A program made the position numbers and the translations under genes. From positions 233,105 through 297,104 of the IMG/VR virus record IMGVR_UViG_3300025141_000016: 64,000 bases of DNA; one strand, written 5' to 3'. Positions 9,691 to 19,217 of this stretch are shown here, piece by piece. Under the pieces are notes generated by a model. It worked only from the letters and a program-made list of their open reading frames with translations. It was not told where the DNA came from and did no database searches. Numbering within the stretch: position 1 is the first letter of the stretch; every line of letters begins with the position of its first letter.

Positions 9691-10301
9691 GGCATGGCCT
9701 CCATCAACGCGGAGGCTGCCACCAAGTGTGATCCCTTGCCGTCGAGGAGAGGGCGGATTGCAACCCAGGCACGCACCATCGCAGCATCTTCCGTGCCTCG
9801 TCTGGCCATGACCTCACTGAACCCCACCAAGAGGCCACCCCACTCTTTCTTGCGGTCATGCAGGATTTCCAGACAAGTAGCTGCGTCCCCTGCTTGGAAC
9901 GCATCGAACAATCGCTCGGCGTGCTCATCGAGGAAGGGTGAAGCCCACTTTGCGTCTGGGGGGCACCATCGAGGGAGGGTGCGGGATTGGATGGTGCCCG
10001 TGACCCCGCCCAGGTAGTCAGCCCAGAGAATGACCCCCAGAGGTCCGTCTGCCAGATCCTCCAGGGTCTTCAAGAGAGCGTCGGAAGCCTCGGGGGTGGC
10101 ACGGTCGATGGGACCAAGCACTACTACGGGAGGTCGGTCCCCAACCCCAGAGTTCCCAGCCAGTTCCACAACCCGTCGGGAGTCATCCACTTTGAGCCCA
10201 TCGTCTCCGATGGGGTCGAGGATCATCCGTCCTGTCTCCCGTGCATGGGAGATGGCGAGCCCTCTGGCGAGGGGTCCATGAAACAAGATCGGAGTGCTCA
10301 T
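9687..10301 (-). CDS. holB: Degenerate DNA polymerase III delta-prime (HolB)-like subunit
   Basis: ILFHGP, LKVDDSR, EASDALLKTLED, TIQSR motifs; Walker A lysine absent. Confidence 0.7.
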   Translation of the reverse strand: MSTPILFHGPLARGLAISHARETGRMILDPIGDDGLKVDDSRRVVELAGNSGVGDRPPVVVLGPIDRATPEASDALLKTLEDLADGPLGVILWADYLGGVTGTIQSRTLPRWCPPDAKWASPFLDEHAERLFDAFQAGDAATCLEILHDRKKEWGGLLVGFSEVMARRGTEDAAMVRAWVAIRPLLDGKGSHLVAASALMEAMP

Positions 10302-10483
10302 CAGAACACAATCTGGAAGAGGCGCTTACACGTCAAGCACCGATAGCGGAGGGTCATCGGATTGATGCCCTTGGGGGGCTTGAAGACTTGGATGAGTTCT
10401 GATTGTCGGCCTTCACACGCTGCAACCGCTCGACAAGCGATCCATTCCACCTTGCCTACTACTGGTCCTTTGCGCTGTGCCAT
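10301..10483 (-). CDS. Small zinc-ribbon protein
   Basis: CxxxxxC..CLTC; RBS and class II motif upstream. Confidence 0.6.
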   Translation of the reverse strand: MAQRKGPVVGKVEWIACRAVAACEGRQSELIQVFKPPKGINPMTLRYRCLTCKRLFQIVF

Positions 10484-10505
10484 TTGCCATCCTCGTGAGC
10501 ACTAC

Positions 10506-10532
10506 TACCCAGATGCGGTGCGGGCCAACCCC
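10506..10532 (-). promoter_or_regulatory. Class II motif
   Basis: GGGGT-N17-GGGTA, heading the Zn-ribbon/holB/holA operon. Confidence 0.7.
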
Positions 10533-10534
10533 CC

Positions 10535-11071
10535 TCAATAGCCCGCGTTTTCAGCTACGACCTGAATGATGCCAGCCATCGCCTCGATGTACTCTTTTGA
10601 TGCGTACAAGGGGGATGGCAGTTGGCGGGAGACGCGGGCCATTCCTGCATCGTCTCCCTCGGAGTAGACAACCTCTCCGTCAGGACCGACCACATCATTG
10701 GGGAGAGGCAACGGCTGACCCCATCCGCCGTCAGGTGAACTCACAACCACCCCATCGGTGACAGTGCGGGGAGAGAACTGCTTTGCCCACTGGAGAGTCC
10801 TCGCGTCAGACATGATGGGAACAACGACGTTCTCCCACTGGGTCCAGTGGACCCATATCGGGAGTGCCGACTCCAACGACTGTAGGGCTGGGGGCAGTTC
10901 CGCCAAAGGGATGACCTTCACCGCCAAGGAAGGAGCAGGTCGCCCGTTATTGGGAAACAACGGGCCAGCAAGACCTGTGGCTAACAGGTAGATGGTTCCA
11001 GGGAGGAGTTCTGCCAGTTCTGTGGCAGAACGGATCGGAGCCCTGCCCTTACGGTAGTCAGCCCTGCCCAT
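10535..11071 (-). CDS. Hypothetical protein
   Basis: ORF with strong AGGAGG RBS. Confidence 0.65.
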   Translation of the reverse strand: MGRADYRKGRAPIRSATELAELLPGTIYLLATGLAGPLFPNNGRPAPSLAVKVIPLAELPPALQSLESALPIWVHWTQWENVVVPIMSDARTLQWAKQFSPRTVTDGVVVSSPDGGWGQPLPLPNDVVGPDGEVVYSEGDDAGMARVSRQLPSPLYASKEYIEAMAGIIQVVAENAGY

Positions 11072-11719
11072 GGTGAACCTCCTTTACAGGAGGGGACGAT
11101 AGACGATCTACGGAACGAAGGCGCAGTTGGACCCGGACAGCGAGTCCGTGATCGGAAAAGCGGAGTGGGATGGATAGGTGTAGGTGTATGGGTGGTGTTG
11201 CTACTACTACGGGAAGGAGTCTTTTGATGAAGGATCGGAGGATCATTATTGAGTGTCTGATTTATTTTGAATCGGTCAACCTAACGGTTTCCCTCTCCTA
11301 AACAGAGTCTATTGAGTCTGTCGTCCCCCTCCTGCGCCAGTGAGGGGGTAGAGGATGCCGAAGGTGAAGGATCCGATTTCCGAGCAGCACGCCTTTTGAC
11401 TCCCTCTCTCCTTTCCCGAGGTGAGAGGGGTGGTGTCAAAAGGGCCGAGCGAAGACTGATCCCGAGAACCCGTCCCCTTTACAGGGGGGTGGGTCAACCC
11501 TTGAAGTTCCGAATGGGAAAGAGCGAGCAAGCGGGGGTGTTCCTTACCCCTCGGGTTTCCCCGATCAAACAACCCAAAGATTCAGTCAAGCACCGATCTG
11601 GCGACCGGCCTAAATGTCCCGTGAGTTTCTGACACCCCCTCCGAAGAGGGGGACTTACCGGGTAGGGTCTACTCGGATCGGGGGGTCTTCGCAACCCCCC
11701 TTCTCCGGGGAGGGGCGCT

Positions 11720-12031
11720 GTGTACCGATTATGGATTGTGGACCGGGATCTGAAACCGACCGTGCTGAGTGCGGCTTACCTGACCGTCCATGAGGCGATG
11801 GGGTCGGCAGCGCGTTTGATGAAGGGGTTTGGTGCCCCGGCGTTGGATGCCAGGAACATTCTGATGTGGGCAGGGAAGCCCAGCCTTGTGGTCTTTGACC
11901 CCACCTTTTCGGTCGTTGTGTCGGCGGTCATCGAGGGAGGTCAACTGGTGTCGAGTGGTGACGATCCTGTCCCCCTTGATCCTGACGACAACGTGGGTCC
12001 ATGCCAGACGACCCCTTCAATCTCCGAGTAG
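11720..12031 (+). CDS. Hypothetical protein
   Basis: GTG start with GGAGG RBS. Confidence 0.5.
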   Translation: MYRLWIVDRDLKPTVLSAAYLTVHEAMGSAARLMKGFGAPALDARNILMWAGKPSLVVFDPTFSVVVSAVIEGGQLVSSGDDPVPLDPDDNVGPCQTTPSISE

Positions 12032-12046
12032 CGGTAGGAGCCCTAT
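12032..12046 (+). promoter_or_regulatory. Class I motif
   Basis: CGGTAG-gagcc-CTAT, before 12075. Confidence 0.75.
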
Positions 12047-12074
12047 AGGTTCCGAGGGGTCAGGAGCCCTCATC

Positions 12075-13097
12075 GTGAATCACCCGGACCCCAAACGAGT
12101 TGCTATCGCTGTGTCTCCGCAGCATCAGGCGGCTCGGGTAGCGGCTCGCTACGCCTCCTCCCCTCTGATAAAGGAGTTGGAGGAAGACTACCATTCCCTC
12201 TGGCATGACAAGCATGAAAGGGAGGACGGAAAGCCTCGGCTGTGCCCACTGAAAGCTGGGGTGCCCGATTGTGAGAAGATGACCCTCAAAGAGTTCGTTG
12301 CCAAGTGGAAGAGGCACGGGCTGAAGGCGGTAAAGGTCCAACGGCTTCCTACCACCTACTCCTACTATGACTGTGGGAGCCACGCCACGCTGCGGACGGA
12401 ACAGATCCATGGCAGCCGACTTTACCCCCAAGGCGACATCACGGTTGACTTGAACACCCCCATTCCTTGGAGCAAGGCGAAGAAAGGCGACTGGGTTCAA
12501 TGGCCATGGCACCACGGAGTGGTGATTGATCCCAAGCGCAAGATTGTGGAGAGTTGTTGGGGGGTAGACGGATGGGTGTTTCAACACCCCGTAGACCTTT
12601 CTACTTATGGGGCGAAGCCTACGGTTCATTCCGTGCATCCAAAAGAGAAGACCAAGACCGCCAGTTCTGATGGTCAGTGTATCGTCGGAGGCCAGTGCTT
12701 CCGCTACGCTGTCATGTGGGATGGCAAAGGCCCAGGATCATCCCCTGACGACATTGTTGTTCACGGGAACGTGCATGGCTTGGTCGGTCCTCACGCCTGG
12801 GTCGAGCGGAAGGACGGTCGCGTATTTGACTGGCAGACGGTTGAGGGGATCTGGGAGACGCTTGGCCGTCAACCTGACCCCAGCTACACCAAGCGCGGCT
12901 GGCCGAAGCGTGAGTTCTACGCGGAGTTCAAGCCGCGCAAGATGAAGCGGTACACCGCCGAAGACGCGCTGATCAACGGGATACGGAACCGGCACTACGG
13001 TCCCTGGGACGCGGATGAGGAGTACCGTCCTCCAATCCGATCAGCATCGCGGGTTGCCGCTCGCTACTTGATGGCTTCTCGGCGGCAACGCCGGTAG
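12075..13097 (+). CDS. Tag-B polyprotein: NlpC/P60-papain-like domain + transglutaminase-like domain
   Basis: YDC..HHGVV..ESCWG..HP..YG domain; KTAS linker; QCFRYA..HAWVE..FDWQ domain; tag B at both ends. Start GTG 12075 after AGGAG. Confidence 0.7.
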   Translation: MNHPDPKRVAIAVSPQHQAARVAARYASSPLIKELEEDYHSLWHDKHEREDGKPRLCPLKAGVPDCEKMTLKEFVAKWKRHGLKAVKVQRLPTTYSYYDCGSHATLRTEQIHGSRLYPQGDITVDLNTPIPWSKAKKGDWVQWPWHHGVVIDPKRKIVESCWGVDGWVFQHPVDLSTYGAKPTVHSVHPKEKTKTASSDGQCIVGGQCFRYAVMWDGKGPGSSPDDIVVHGNVHGLVGPHAWVERKDGRVFDWQTVEGIWETLGRQPDPSYTKRGWPKREFYAEFKPRKMKRYTAEDALINGIRNRHYGPWDADEEYRPPIRSASRVAARYLMASRRQRR

Positions 13098-13106
13098 CTT
13101 CTTTAT
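13092..13106 (+). promoter_or_regulatory. Class I motif, variant
   Basis: CGGTAG-cttct-TTAT, before 13140. Confidence 0.65.
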
Positions 13107-13139
13107 CTCTCCGATAAGGTCAAGTACCGGAGACAACCC

Positions 13140-13589
13140 ATGTCCAAGACCCTTACTGGATCTGACCGTAAACGCCTCATCCGCCTTGCTTCTACCCTCC
13201 CCACGGGGTCAGATGAGCGGAAGGCTATCCTTGCTGGGCTTCACCATGTCGCCGTCCACAAGACCGCCTCCAAGAAGACCACCCTCTCGGCAGATTTGAA
13301 GTTGAAGGACGGGACCGTGTACGCGAAGGGATCGCGTGCAGAGGTGTTCTTCTCGGAGCGCAACCCCTCCATGTCCGAGGTGGAGATTGAGGGTAGGAAG
13401 ATCAAACTCCGCACGGTCAGTCTCCACAAGTACCTCCGTGGTTTTCCAAAGCCCCCCTCCACGAGAGCCTTGCAGAAGATGGACAGTGAGGCTTCCGGGC
13501 CAACGGTCAGTGGGGTACGCAACGTCGAGATGGACGGCTATGGTCCCGATGGGTCACCCTCGTGGATGCTGGCCATGGGGCTCATCTGA
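13140..13589 (+). CDS. Tag-A protein, unknown cargo domain
   Basis: N-terminal LIRLASTLPTGSDERKAILAGL, then KTAS. Confidence 0.75.
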   Translation: MSKTLTGSDRKRLIRLASTLPTGSDERKAILAGLHHVAVHKTASKKTTLSADLKLKDGTVYAKGSRAEVFFSERNPSMSEVEIEGRKIKLRTVSLHKYLRGFPKPPSTRALQKMDSEASGPTVSGVRNVEMDGYGPDGSPSWMLAMGLI

Positions 13590-13621
13590 CCCTGTGCGCC
13601 TCGGTGGTCGCTCCGTGAAGG

Positions 13622-13636
13622 GGGTCAACCACCTAC
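13622..13636 (+). promoter_or_regulatory. Class I motif, degenerate
   Basis: GGGTCA-accac-CTAC, before 13670. Confidence 0.35.
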
Positions 13637-13669
13637 CGAATGTCCGTAGAGGGCACAACGGAGAATGGT

Positions 13670-14125
13670 ATGAGCGCATCCCCCCAGAAAGTAGCCGAGC
13701 GGTGGGCCTCCGAAGCCAAGTTCTTCCGTGGCCTCCACAGTCGCAACAAGGGCATCTTCTTTCGTGGGGCCAAGAACCCCGGTGCCGGTGGCGGGGCTGG
13801 CTTTGGTGCTCTGGGACGTGGCCTTTATCTCGCGTGGGACAAGGGGATCGCCCAGTTCTTTGCTGACCGAGCCGGGGGTCAGGTATACGCCTACAAGATT
13901 CCGTCCAGCCTCAAACTGCTCGATGCCCAGAGCAGCGAGATGGCGACGATCAAGGAAGGGATGGGATTCAAGCCCTGGCAGTATTCAGACGATCCCATGT
14001 ACGCCGCTGTCGTCACAGCCGAGGTAAAAGACCTTGGATACGACGGGGTGATCTCCGACAAAGCGGCAGATGGCCTTGTCTTGTTCGATCCCCGTAAAGC
14101 GAAGCTGGTGGACCTACCGGAGTGA
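13670..14125 (+). CDS. Tag-B protein with ADP-ribosyltransferase-like domain
   Basis: FFRG..LGRGLYLA..AQFFA..GYDGVI..VLFDP; N-terminal SPQKVAERW. Confidence 0.65.
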   Translation: MSASPQKVAERWASEAKFFRGLHSRNKGIFFRGAKNPGAGGGAGFGALGRGLYLAWDKGIAQFFADRAGGQVYAYKIPSSLKLLDAQSSEMATIKEGMGFKPWQYSDDPMYAAVVTAEVKDLGYDGVISDKAADGLVLFDPRKAKLVDLPE

Positions 14126-15280
14126 TGCAGCGACGGCGTAGGACTCGCCGGGAGCCTCGTCCAGAAGCCCCTGCTCACAGAGGTATGCGATTGCGCGGCG
14201 GGTGTCGGCAGCGTCGAGCCGGAGGTCTGACTGGATTTCCTCGCGGGTTGACCATGGCTCATCGGCCACGAGCCGCAGGATGCGTTCGGCGTTTCCAACG
14301 GTGACTGGACCGTCACGAAGAGACTTGCGAACTCGTCCGGCAAGGTGGGCTGCTCGGAGGGTGGAGACACCTTCGCTGGCAGCGATCTCATCGCGGGTAG
14401 CCCCAGCGATCAAAGCGTCGTAGACCCGCTGATAACGCTCGGCGGCTCCTCGGTGGGCAGCACGGACGAGAGCACGACCGCCTGTGGTCTGGATTGTGTC
14501 TTCGTCGGTGAGGATGAGCATATCTTCCGGGCTCGGGCTCCGAGAGATGATCACCTCATGGAGATCATCCTCGTCTCCCTCGTAGGCGACTTCCCACTCG
14601 GTCCCCTGGTTGGCCCGCTGGCAAACGTACTCGGGGGATTCTGTCTCGACGCGAACTCGGATCTCGTGCTGGGTCCGTGCCCCACGCATCCGAGCGAGGG
14701 GTTCTGCGCCTCGGACGAAGACGCTGGAGAAGTGCTTGCGCTTCAGAAACTTGTAGAGCGTGGAGAGCGATACGGTGCCTTTCTCGGCCAGTGCCTTGTC
14801 GAAGGTGCCACCTGCGGCCCATTTGGCGATCCAGAGCCCCGTCAACGAGAGACATTCGGCGTAGTCTTCGGAGGGGTAGTCGCGGGAGAGCAGCGCGGCG
14901 AGTCGGCGGTCCAGGGCGCGGTCGCGCAGTTGGGCTTCCAGCCATTCTGATGAGGTCAGCGGTGCGGCTTCATCGACCAGGGAGGAGAGGTGGGTCGTCA
15001 CCGTCTCGTGGTCGTCTGACCGGAGGTGGGAGAGCAGCCCAGCCGCGTCACCCTGGAGAGCAGACCAGAGGTCAGCGCAGAGGAGGGCTTGTGAGCCGGT
15101 GCCCCGGTAGCCGTTCTGGTTCACGGAGTCGCGTCGAACGATACTCCGTTTGCGGGCCGTGGCTTTGGCGAGGTCGGTGATCCCGGCTGCGACCAGCGAT
15201 TCAACTTCGCTGGGAGTCTGGGGGGAAGCACCGTGGATGAGATCGAGCAGGGAGAGCAGGTATGAGAGTCGTCGGGTCAT
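14114..15280 (-). CDS. Sigma-like / HTH transcription factor with C-terminal winged helix
   Basis: SPEDML..GATRDEIAASEGVS..RVRKSLR (region 4-like), then RILRLV..TREEI..LCEQGLL (wHTH). Confidence 0.55.
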   Translation of the reverse strand: MTRRLSYLLSLLDLIHGASPQTPSEVESLVAAGITDLAKATARKRSIVRRDSVNQNGYRGTGSQALLCADLWSALQGDAAGLLSHLRSDDHETVTTHLSSLVDEAAPLTSSEWLEAQLRDRALDRRLAALLSRDYPSEDYAECLSLTGLWIAKWAAGGTFDKALAEKGTVSLSTLYKFLKRKHFSSVFVRGAEPLARMRGARTQHEIRVRVETESPEYVCQRANQGTEWEVAYEGDEDDLHEVIISRSPSPEDMLILTDEDTIQTTGGRALVRAAHRGAAERYQRVYDALIAGATRDEIAASEGVSTLRAAHLAGRVRKSLRDGPVTVGNAERILRLVADEPWSTREEIQSDLRLDAADTRRAIAYLCEQGLLDEAPGESYAVAASLR

Positions 15281-15521
15281 GGGATTCCTTGGAGTTCCGA
15301 TGCCAGCAAGCTGGACAGGATGGGTGAGTGGTTTTTGGTCGAGGACGGGGACGGTGCTCTTACCGAGCGGGTCAAGGTCTGCGACTTCTCAACATCCTAT
15401 CCGCCGTGACCCTATGGGTCAACCCCACCTTGGCCATCAAGTGGATCGAAGTGGGCCAGATGCGGCCCCGTGCCCCATGCTTATTTTTTGGCGGGGGGAT
15501 CACCCCTGATCAGGGTGGTGT

Positions 15522-15536
15522 CGGTAGGTCGTCTAT
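15522..15536 (+). promoter_or_regulatory. Class I motif
   Basis: CGGTAG-gtcgt-CTAT, before 15581. Confidence 0.75.
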
Positions 15537-15580
15537 CTGGGTAGTGGGGGTAGAAGAGAAGTCCCTTTGGAGAGATCCCC

Positions 15581-17017
15581 ATGAATCGCTACGCTGCCGC
15601 TTTGGTTCGTTTGGCGGTATCCCTGCCGTCAGGGAGCCGTGACCGCCGAGTGATCCTTGCTTTGATCAAAGAGGCGGGAGCCCGTGAGGATTTTCTGGCT
15701 CGCTACGAGTTCCTTGGGGGGCTCACCGGCAAGTCGGGTGATCGGGTCAAGAGTGATCTGAAGCAGGGCGACTACGAGCCGTATGTGAAGGCACTTGCCG
15801 CTAATGGCTGGGACGAGGGCACCGCACAGCGCCCCGGAGAGGCCCTTACGTTCGTTGACCCCACGGCCAACATGGGGCTGTGGACGGCTTTGGTGAGGGG
15901 CGGAAACTCGGCCTTGGGCCGTGCCGTGGACGAGGTGGCCAAGTGGCAACCTGCCCTGTCAGGAATCTCTGGTGAGGATGTTGCCCAGGTACTCTCACAC
16001 GGGGGTCAACACTGGCCTGGGATGCGCTTCGACTCTCGCGTGAAGAATGAGAAAGGTGGCTTTGGTGATTATGTCGAGCGCGTGAGCGGCGAGGAGCCCT
16101 ACGCGACTGGAGACAACATCTTCCGGTCTGTCGGGAAGGAACTGAAGTCCAAGAAGTTCAACCTCGCTTTCATTATCAAGAGGTTGATGGGGATTGCCCG
16201 CAACAAGACGAAGGATTGGGTCCGCTCGGTGGATGCCGGGAAGTGGGAGGGACCATTCCCCGAAACCGAGGAAGGCCAGCAGATTGTCCCGAGGGGATAC
16301 ACACCCCCGGACCCTGCTGACATGCTCACCAAGGAGTTGTATCTGAAAGCCATCGATCCCGTGATGAAGCGGGTGTTGGCTGATGCCCCTGCACAGGCTC
16401 GGATTTGGGAGGCTCTGTTGGCTTCCGTCCAGGCCAACAAGAACTTTCTTGGGGTATCCGCGAGAGGAAAGGGGGAGGGTGATGTGACCCTGGAGGGCAC
16501 GAAGTTCCGTCCCTTCATGGAGAAGTATTTTGAGGGGCAGACGGATGAAGACGACAACCCCATCCGAATCCCCACCACCCAGAAGATCGCCGCAAACTTC
16601 CAGAAACTCCTGAAGAAGATGAGGGCTGCGTTGGCGGGTCTTTCCGACGCAGAGTTGGCCAAGGGGCTCCCGAGACAAGACCGTGAGATCCTGAAAGACC
16701 GTGACATAGCGAGTGTCTACTGGTCGGAGGTCCATCGTCGCCGTCGGGCTTTGCTCATTCGTATGGCTTCCACGTTCCCCGTGGGGTCAGAACACCGCAA
16801 GGTGTTGCTCCGGCAGGCATCGGATGTGGGGGCGAAGGACGTGTTGACCGAGAAATCGCTCATCAAGTATTTGAAGGCGACGGGGGATACTGTCTCGGCT
16901 TCAACGCTGGCCTACGGCTTTGGGGGCAACCCCCAGCAACACACGAAGTTCCTTCAGCGGCTTGTGGCCAAGGGTGTGCTTGATAAGGACGGCAAAGAGT
17001 ACAGCCTCGCCCTCTGA
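15581..17017 (+). CDS. Tag-A polyprotein: ECF-sigma-like domain + winged-helix domain
   Basis: Two tag-A copies; GEDVAQ and LMGIARNKTKDWVR resemble ECF region 2; C-terminal wHTH LQRLVAKGVL..YSL. Confidence 0.5.
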   Translation: MNRYAAALVRLAVSLPSGSRDRRVILALIKEAGAREDFLARYEFLGGLTGKSGDRVKSDLKQGDYEPYVKALAANGWDEGTAQRPGEALTFVDPTANMGLWTALVRGGNSALGRAVDEVAKWQPALSGISGEDVAQVLSHGGQHWPGMRFDSRVKNEKGGFGDYVERVSGEEPYATGDNIFRSVGKELKSKKFNLAFIIKRLMGIARNKTKDWVRSVDAGKWEGPFPETEEGQQIVPRGYTPPDPADMLTKELYLKAIDPVMKRVLADAPAQARIWEALLASVQANKNFLGVSARGKGEGDVTLEGTKFRPFMEKYFEGQTDEDDNPIRIPTTQKIAANFQKLLKKMRAALAGLSDAELAKGLPRQDREILKDRDIASVYWSEVHRRRRALLIRMASTFPVGSEHRKVLLRQASDVGAKDVLTEKSLIKYLKATGDTVSASTLAYGFGGNPQQHTKFLQRLVAKGVLDKDGKEYSLAL

Positions 17018-17057
17018 CCTTCCCGTGGGTAGGGTGGGGGAGCCAGGAGCCCTGTGT

Positions 17058-17438
17058 ATGCCCACCTACGAATACCGCTGCGATGCCTGTGAGGAGCACT
17101 TTGAAAAGCTGCTCCCGATAGCACGCTACCGAGAACCCCAAGATTGTCCGGCGTGTGGGCACACCCCCGCTACGAAGTTGGTTTCGGGAGGATCAGGATT
17201 TATCCTGCGGGGTGATGGATGGGCTGGGAAGAACAACCGGGTCCGGGGTCAGATGAGAGCGAAGAATCGTCGTCTGGATGCGGCCCAAGCTGAACGAGGC
17301 CAAGACGCGGGGGGCAAGCTGGCCCCGAATGTTGAGGGCGAGAGGGTGGGGTCATGGAGCGAGGCAACCAAACTGGCGAGGTCCAAGGGCAAGGACACCT
17401 CTGGCTACGAGGCGCGGGCGCGGAAGGAAAAGAAGTGA
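17058..17438 (+). CDS. FmdB-family zinc-ribbon protein
   Basis: MPTYEYRCDAC..CPACG..FILRGDGW. Confidence 0.85.
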   Translation: MPTYEYRCDACEEHFEKLLPIARYREPQDCPACGHTPATKLVSGGSGFILRGDGWAGKNNRVRGQMRAKNRRLDAAQAERGQDAGGKLAPNVEGERVGSWSEATKLARSKGKDTSGYEARARKEKK

Positions 17439-17650
17439 AACGCCTGCCTCCTCCCGATGAGGAGCAGCCGCTCTCCGCGCAGTTCGCAGGCAACTTTCAG
17501 AGGGCGTTCACGTTTACCTTCGTGCTGACCGTTACGACGCTCGCTGTGCTCGGGGTCGTTTTCGTCCGGGCGGCACGGCGATTGCGTCTCCAGAAAGAGC
17601 GAGGGAAGAACATCATCGACGTAGAGGTAGTGGAAGTGGACCCTCAATAG
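17435..17650 (+). CDS. Small single-pass membrane protein
   Basis: GTGA overlap with the upstream stop; hydrophobic segment followed by basic residues. Confidence 0.55.
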   Translation: MKRLPPPDEEQPLSAQFAGNFQRAFTFTFVLTVTTLAVLGVVFVRAARRLRLQKERGKNIIDVEVVEVDPQ

Positions 17651-17659
17651 GTCGCCTAT
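17645..17659 (+). promoter_or_regulatory. Class I motif, variant
   Basis: CAATAG-gtcgc-CTAT, before 17687. Confidence 0.6.
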
Positions 17660-17686
17660 CGGCAGCGCCCCGGTAGGAGAACAAGC

Positions 17687-18370
17687 ATGGTCATTCCGAA
17701 TCTGATTGGACGATCTCGCGGGCTGATTGATTTCAGCCTTCGGTCTGATCCCTTGGTCGCGGCATACCAGTTCCGTGCTGCCATGACGCTAACGGCAGCC
17801 TTCGCTGGAGGGACCACCGCGTTCACGGTTGGCAGGGGCCGCACCCTGGAGTCTCCGACTATCCAGCGGACGGGTCGAGGACGAGATGAGTCTTCCCTCC
17901 GTGGGCTGACCCGAGTGTCCATTGATCTCAATGACTACTCCAACGCCACCATCCCTGGTGATGCGGCTATGTCCTTTTGGCGTATCCGAGAGATAGACGC
18001 GGCAGGGACAGTCTTACCGGCAGGTCCGGTGCTGGTTGTTCCCCCCACACAGACCGAAGGGTTCCTTACTCTGTCGGGTGCGGCTCCCGCCGTGGCTGCC
18101 ACGGCCACCGGGCTCCCCCCACTCGGGGCAGTGGCGATTGCTTTTCCCCGTGAGGTCACCTCTCTGACGATCCACAACGATAGCGGTGCTGACCCTATGG
18201 GGATCAGCACCTCGGCAGGTGACCCCGAAATGCTGATCCCGCCGTCAGTGGCGGGACAGTCTTCTCTGACTTTCGATCCCACCTCTCTGTCCCTGCTTTA
18301 TCTGCATGGGATCGGTGGAGCAGTCCCTTTCCGCATCACGGCGTTCATGCCGGGTGGACCACCTCGATAA
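17687..18370 (+). CDS. Probable virion structural protein
   Basis: Beta/Pro-rich composition; class I motif upstream. Confidence 0.55.
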   Translation: MVIPNLIGRSRGLIDFSLRSDPLVAAYQFRAAMTLTAAFAGGTTAFTVGRGRTLESPTIQRTGRGRDESSLRGLTRVSIDLNDYSNATIPGDAAMSFWRIREIDAAGTVLPAGPVLVVPPTQTEGFLTLSGAAPAVAATATGLPPLGAVAIAFPREVTSLTIHNDSGADPMGISTSAGDPEMLIPPSVAGQSSLTFDPTSLSLLYLHGIGGAVPFRITAFMPGGPPR

Positions 18371-18379
18371 TCATTCAAT
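18365..18379 (+). promoter_or_regulatory. Class I motif, variant
   Basis: CGATAA-tcatt-CAAT, before 18434. Confidence 0.5.
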
Positions 18380-18433
18380 ACCCACATCTTATGTGCAGGG
18401 TCCACCCCGCTCATCACTCTCGGAGAAACGAAC

Positions 18434-19132
18434 ATGGCTAACGAAGCATACGTCTACCGTATCCGCACTGACCTGGGCGCAGGTGCCCATCAGATCACGG
18501 ATCTACTCCCCAACACCTCCCGTCGTGCCTTTTCCTATCAGGCATACCCCCAGAGCGGGTATATCCCGGCTTACCGGGAGAACGACACCATCGTGGGCAA
18601 TACCGCTGCCAACGTGACTACCGCTGCCCTGTCGGGCCTCGGTCCTTACATCGGTGCCGTGACCAACGACGAGGCTTCTGGAAACCAGATTTCCGAGGCC
18701 AACGCAGACGCGGCTGCTCTTGCGATCATCGCTCTGCTGGATGCTGGCGCGGCGGTTACCGAAACTGCCCTCAACAACATCCTCGTGACCACGCTCGGCA
18801 TGGGCGCAAACACGATGCCATTCCCGACGAATGTGTTGGGAAGTGTGGCGGGTCAGGCTTCCATCGGAACGCAGGCCAATCTTATGAAGGTTGCGACGGG
18901 TGGTTCTTACACCCTTCCTGCTGGCTCAACCTACAACACCGCAGCCCCCATCGCTGCGGACAACGGCTCTTTTGACGATGACGGTTGGCGACAGATGTAC
19001 CAGAGCGGTTCCTTCACCATCTCGGCCACCGTGGGCGACATCGCTCACTACGCCGCTGCCACCTACACCTACGTCGCCGTGACTGGCGCAGCCGTAGCCG
19101 CTTACAACGTGGACGGAAGCGTCGTCAGTTGA
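18434..19132 (+). CDS. Probable virion structural (decoration-type) protein
   Basis: Ala/Thr/Gly-rich; class I variant upstream; hairpin downstream. Confidence 0.55.
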   Translation: MANEAYVYRIRTDLGAGAHQITDLLPNTSRRAFSYQAYPQSGYIPAYRENDTIVGNTAANVTTAALSGLGPYIGAVTNDEASGNQISEANADAAALAIIALLDAGAAVTETALNNILVTTLGMGANTMPFPTNVLGSVAGQASIGTQANLMKVATGGSYTLPAGSTYNTAAPIAADNGSFDDDGWRQMYQSGSFTISATVGDIAHYAAATYTYVAVTGAAVAAYNVDGSVVS

Positions 19133-19162
19133 TGGGTGATGTGGGGTAGTGGACCCCTCCTT

Positions 19163-19203
19163 CAACAGCCTCGGGTAGAGTCCCCTCTACTCCGAGGCTG
19201 TTG
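19163..19203 (+). terminator. Long stem-loop after the structural gene
   Basis: CAACAGCCTCGG-GTAGAG / CTCTAC-T-CCGAGGCTGTTG inverted repeat; no clear U-tract. Confidence 0.5.
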
Positions 19204-19217
19204 TGCGTGGGGATGAA

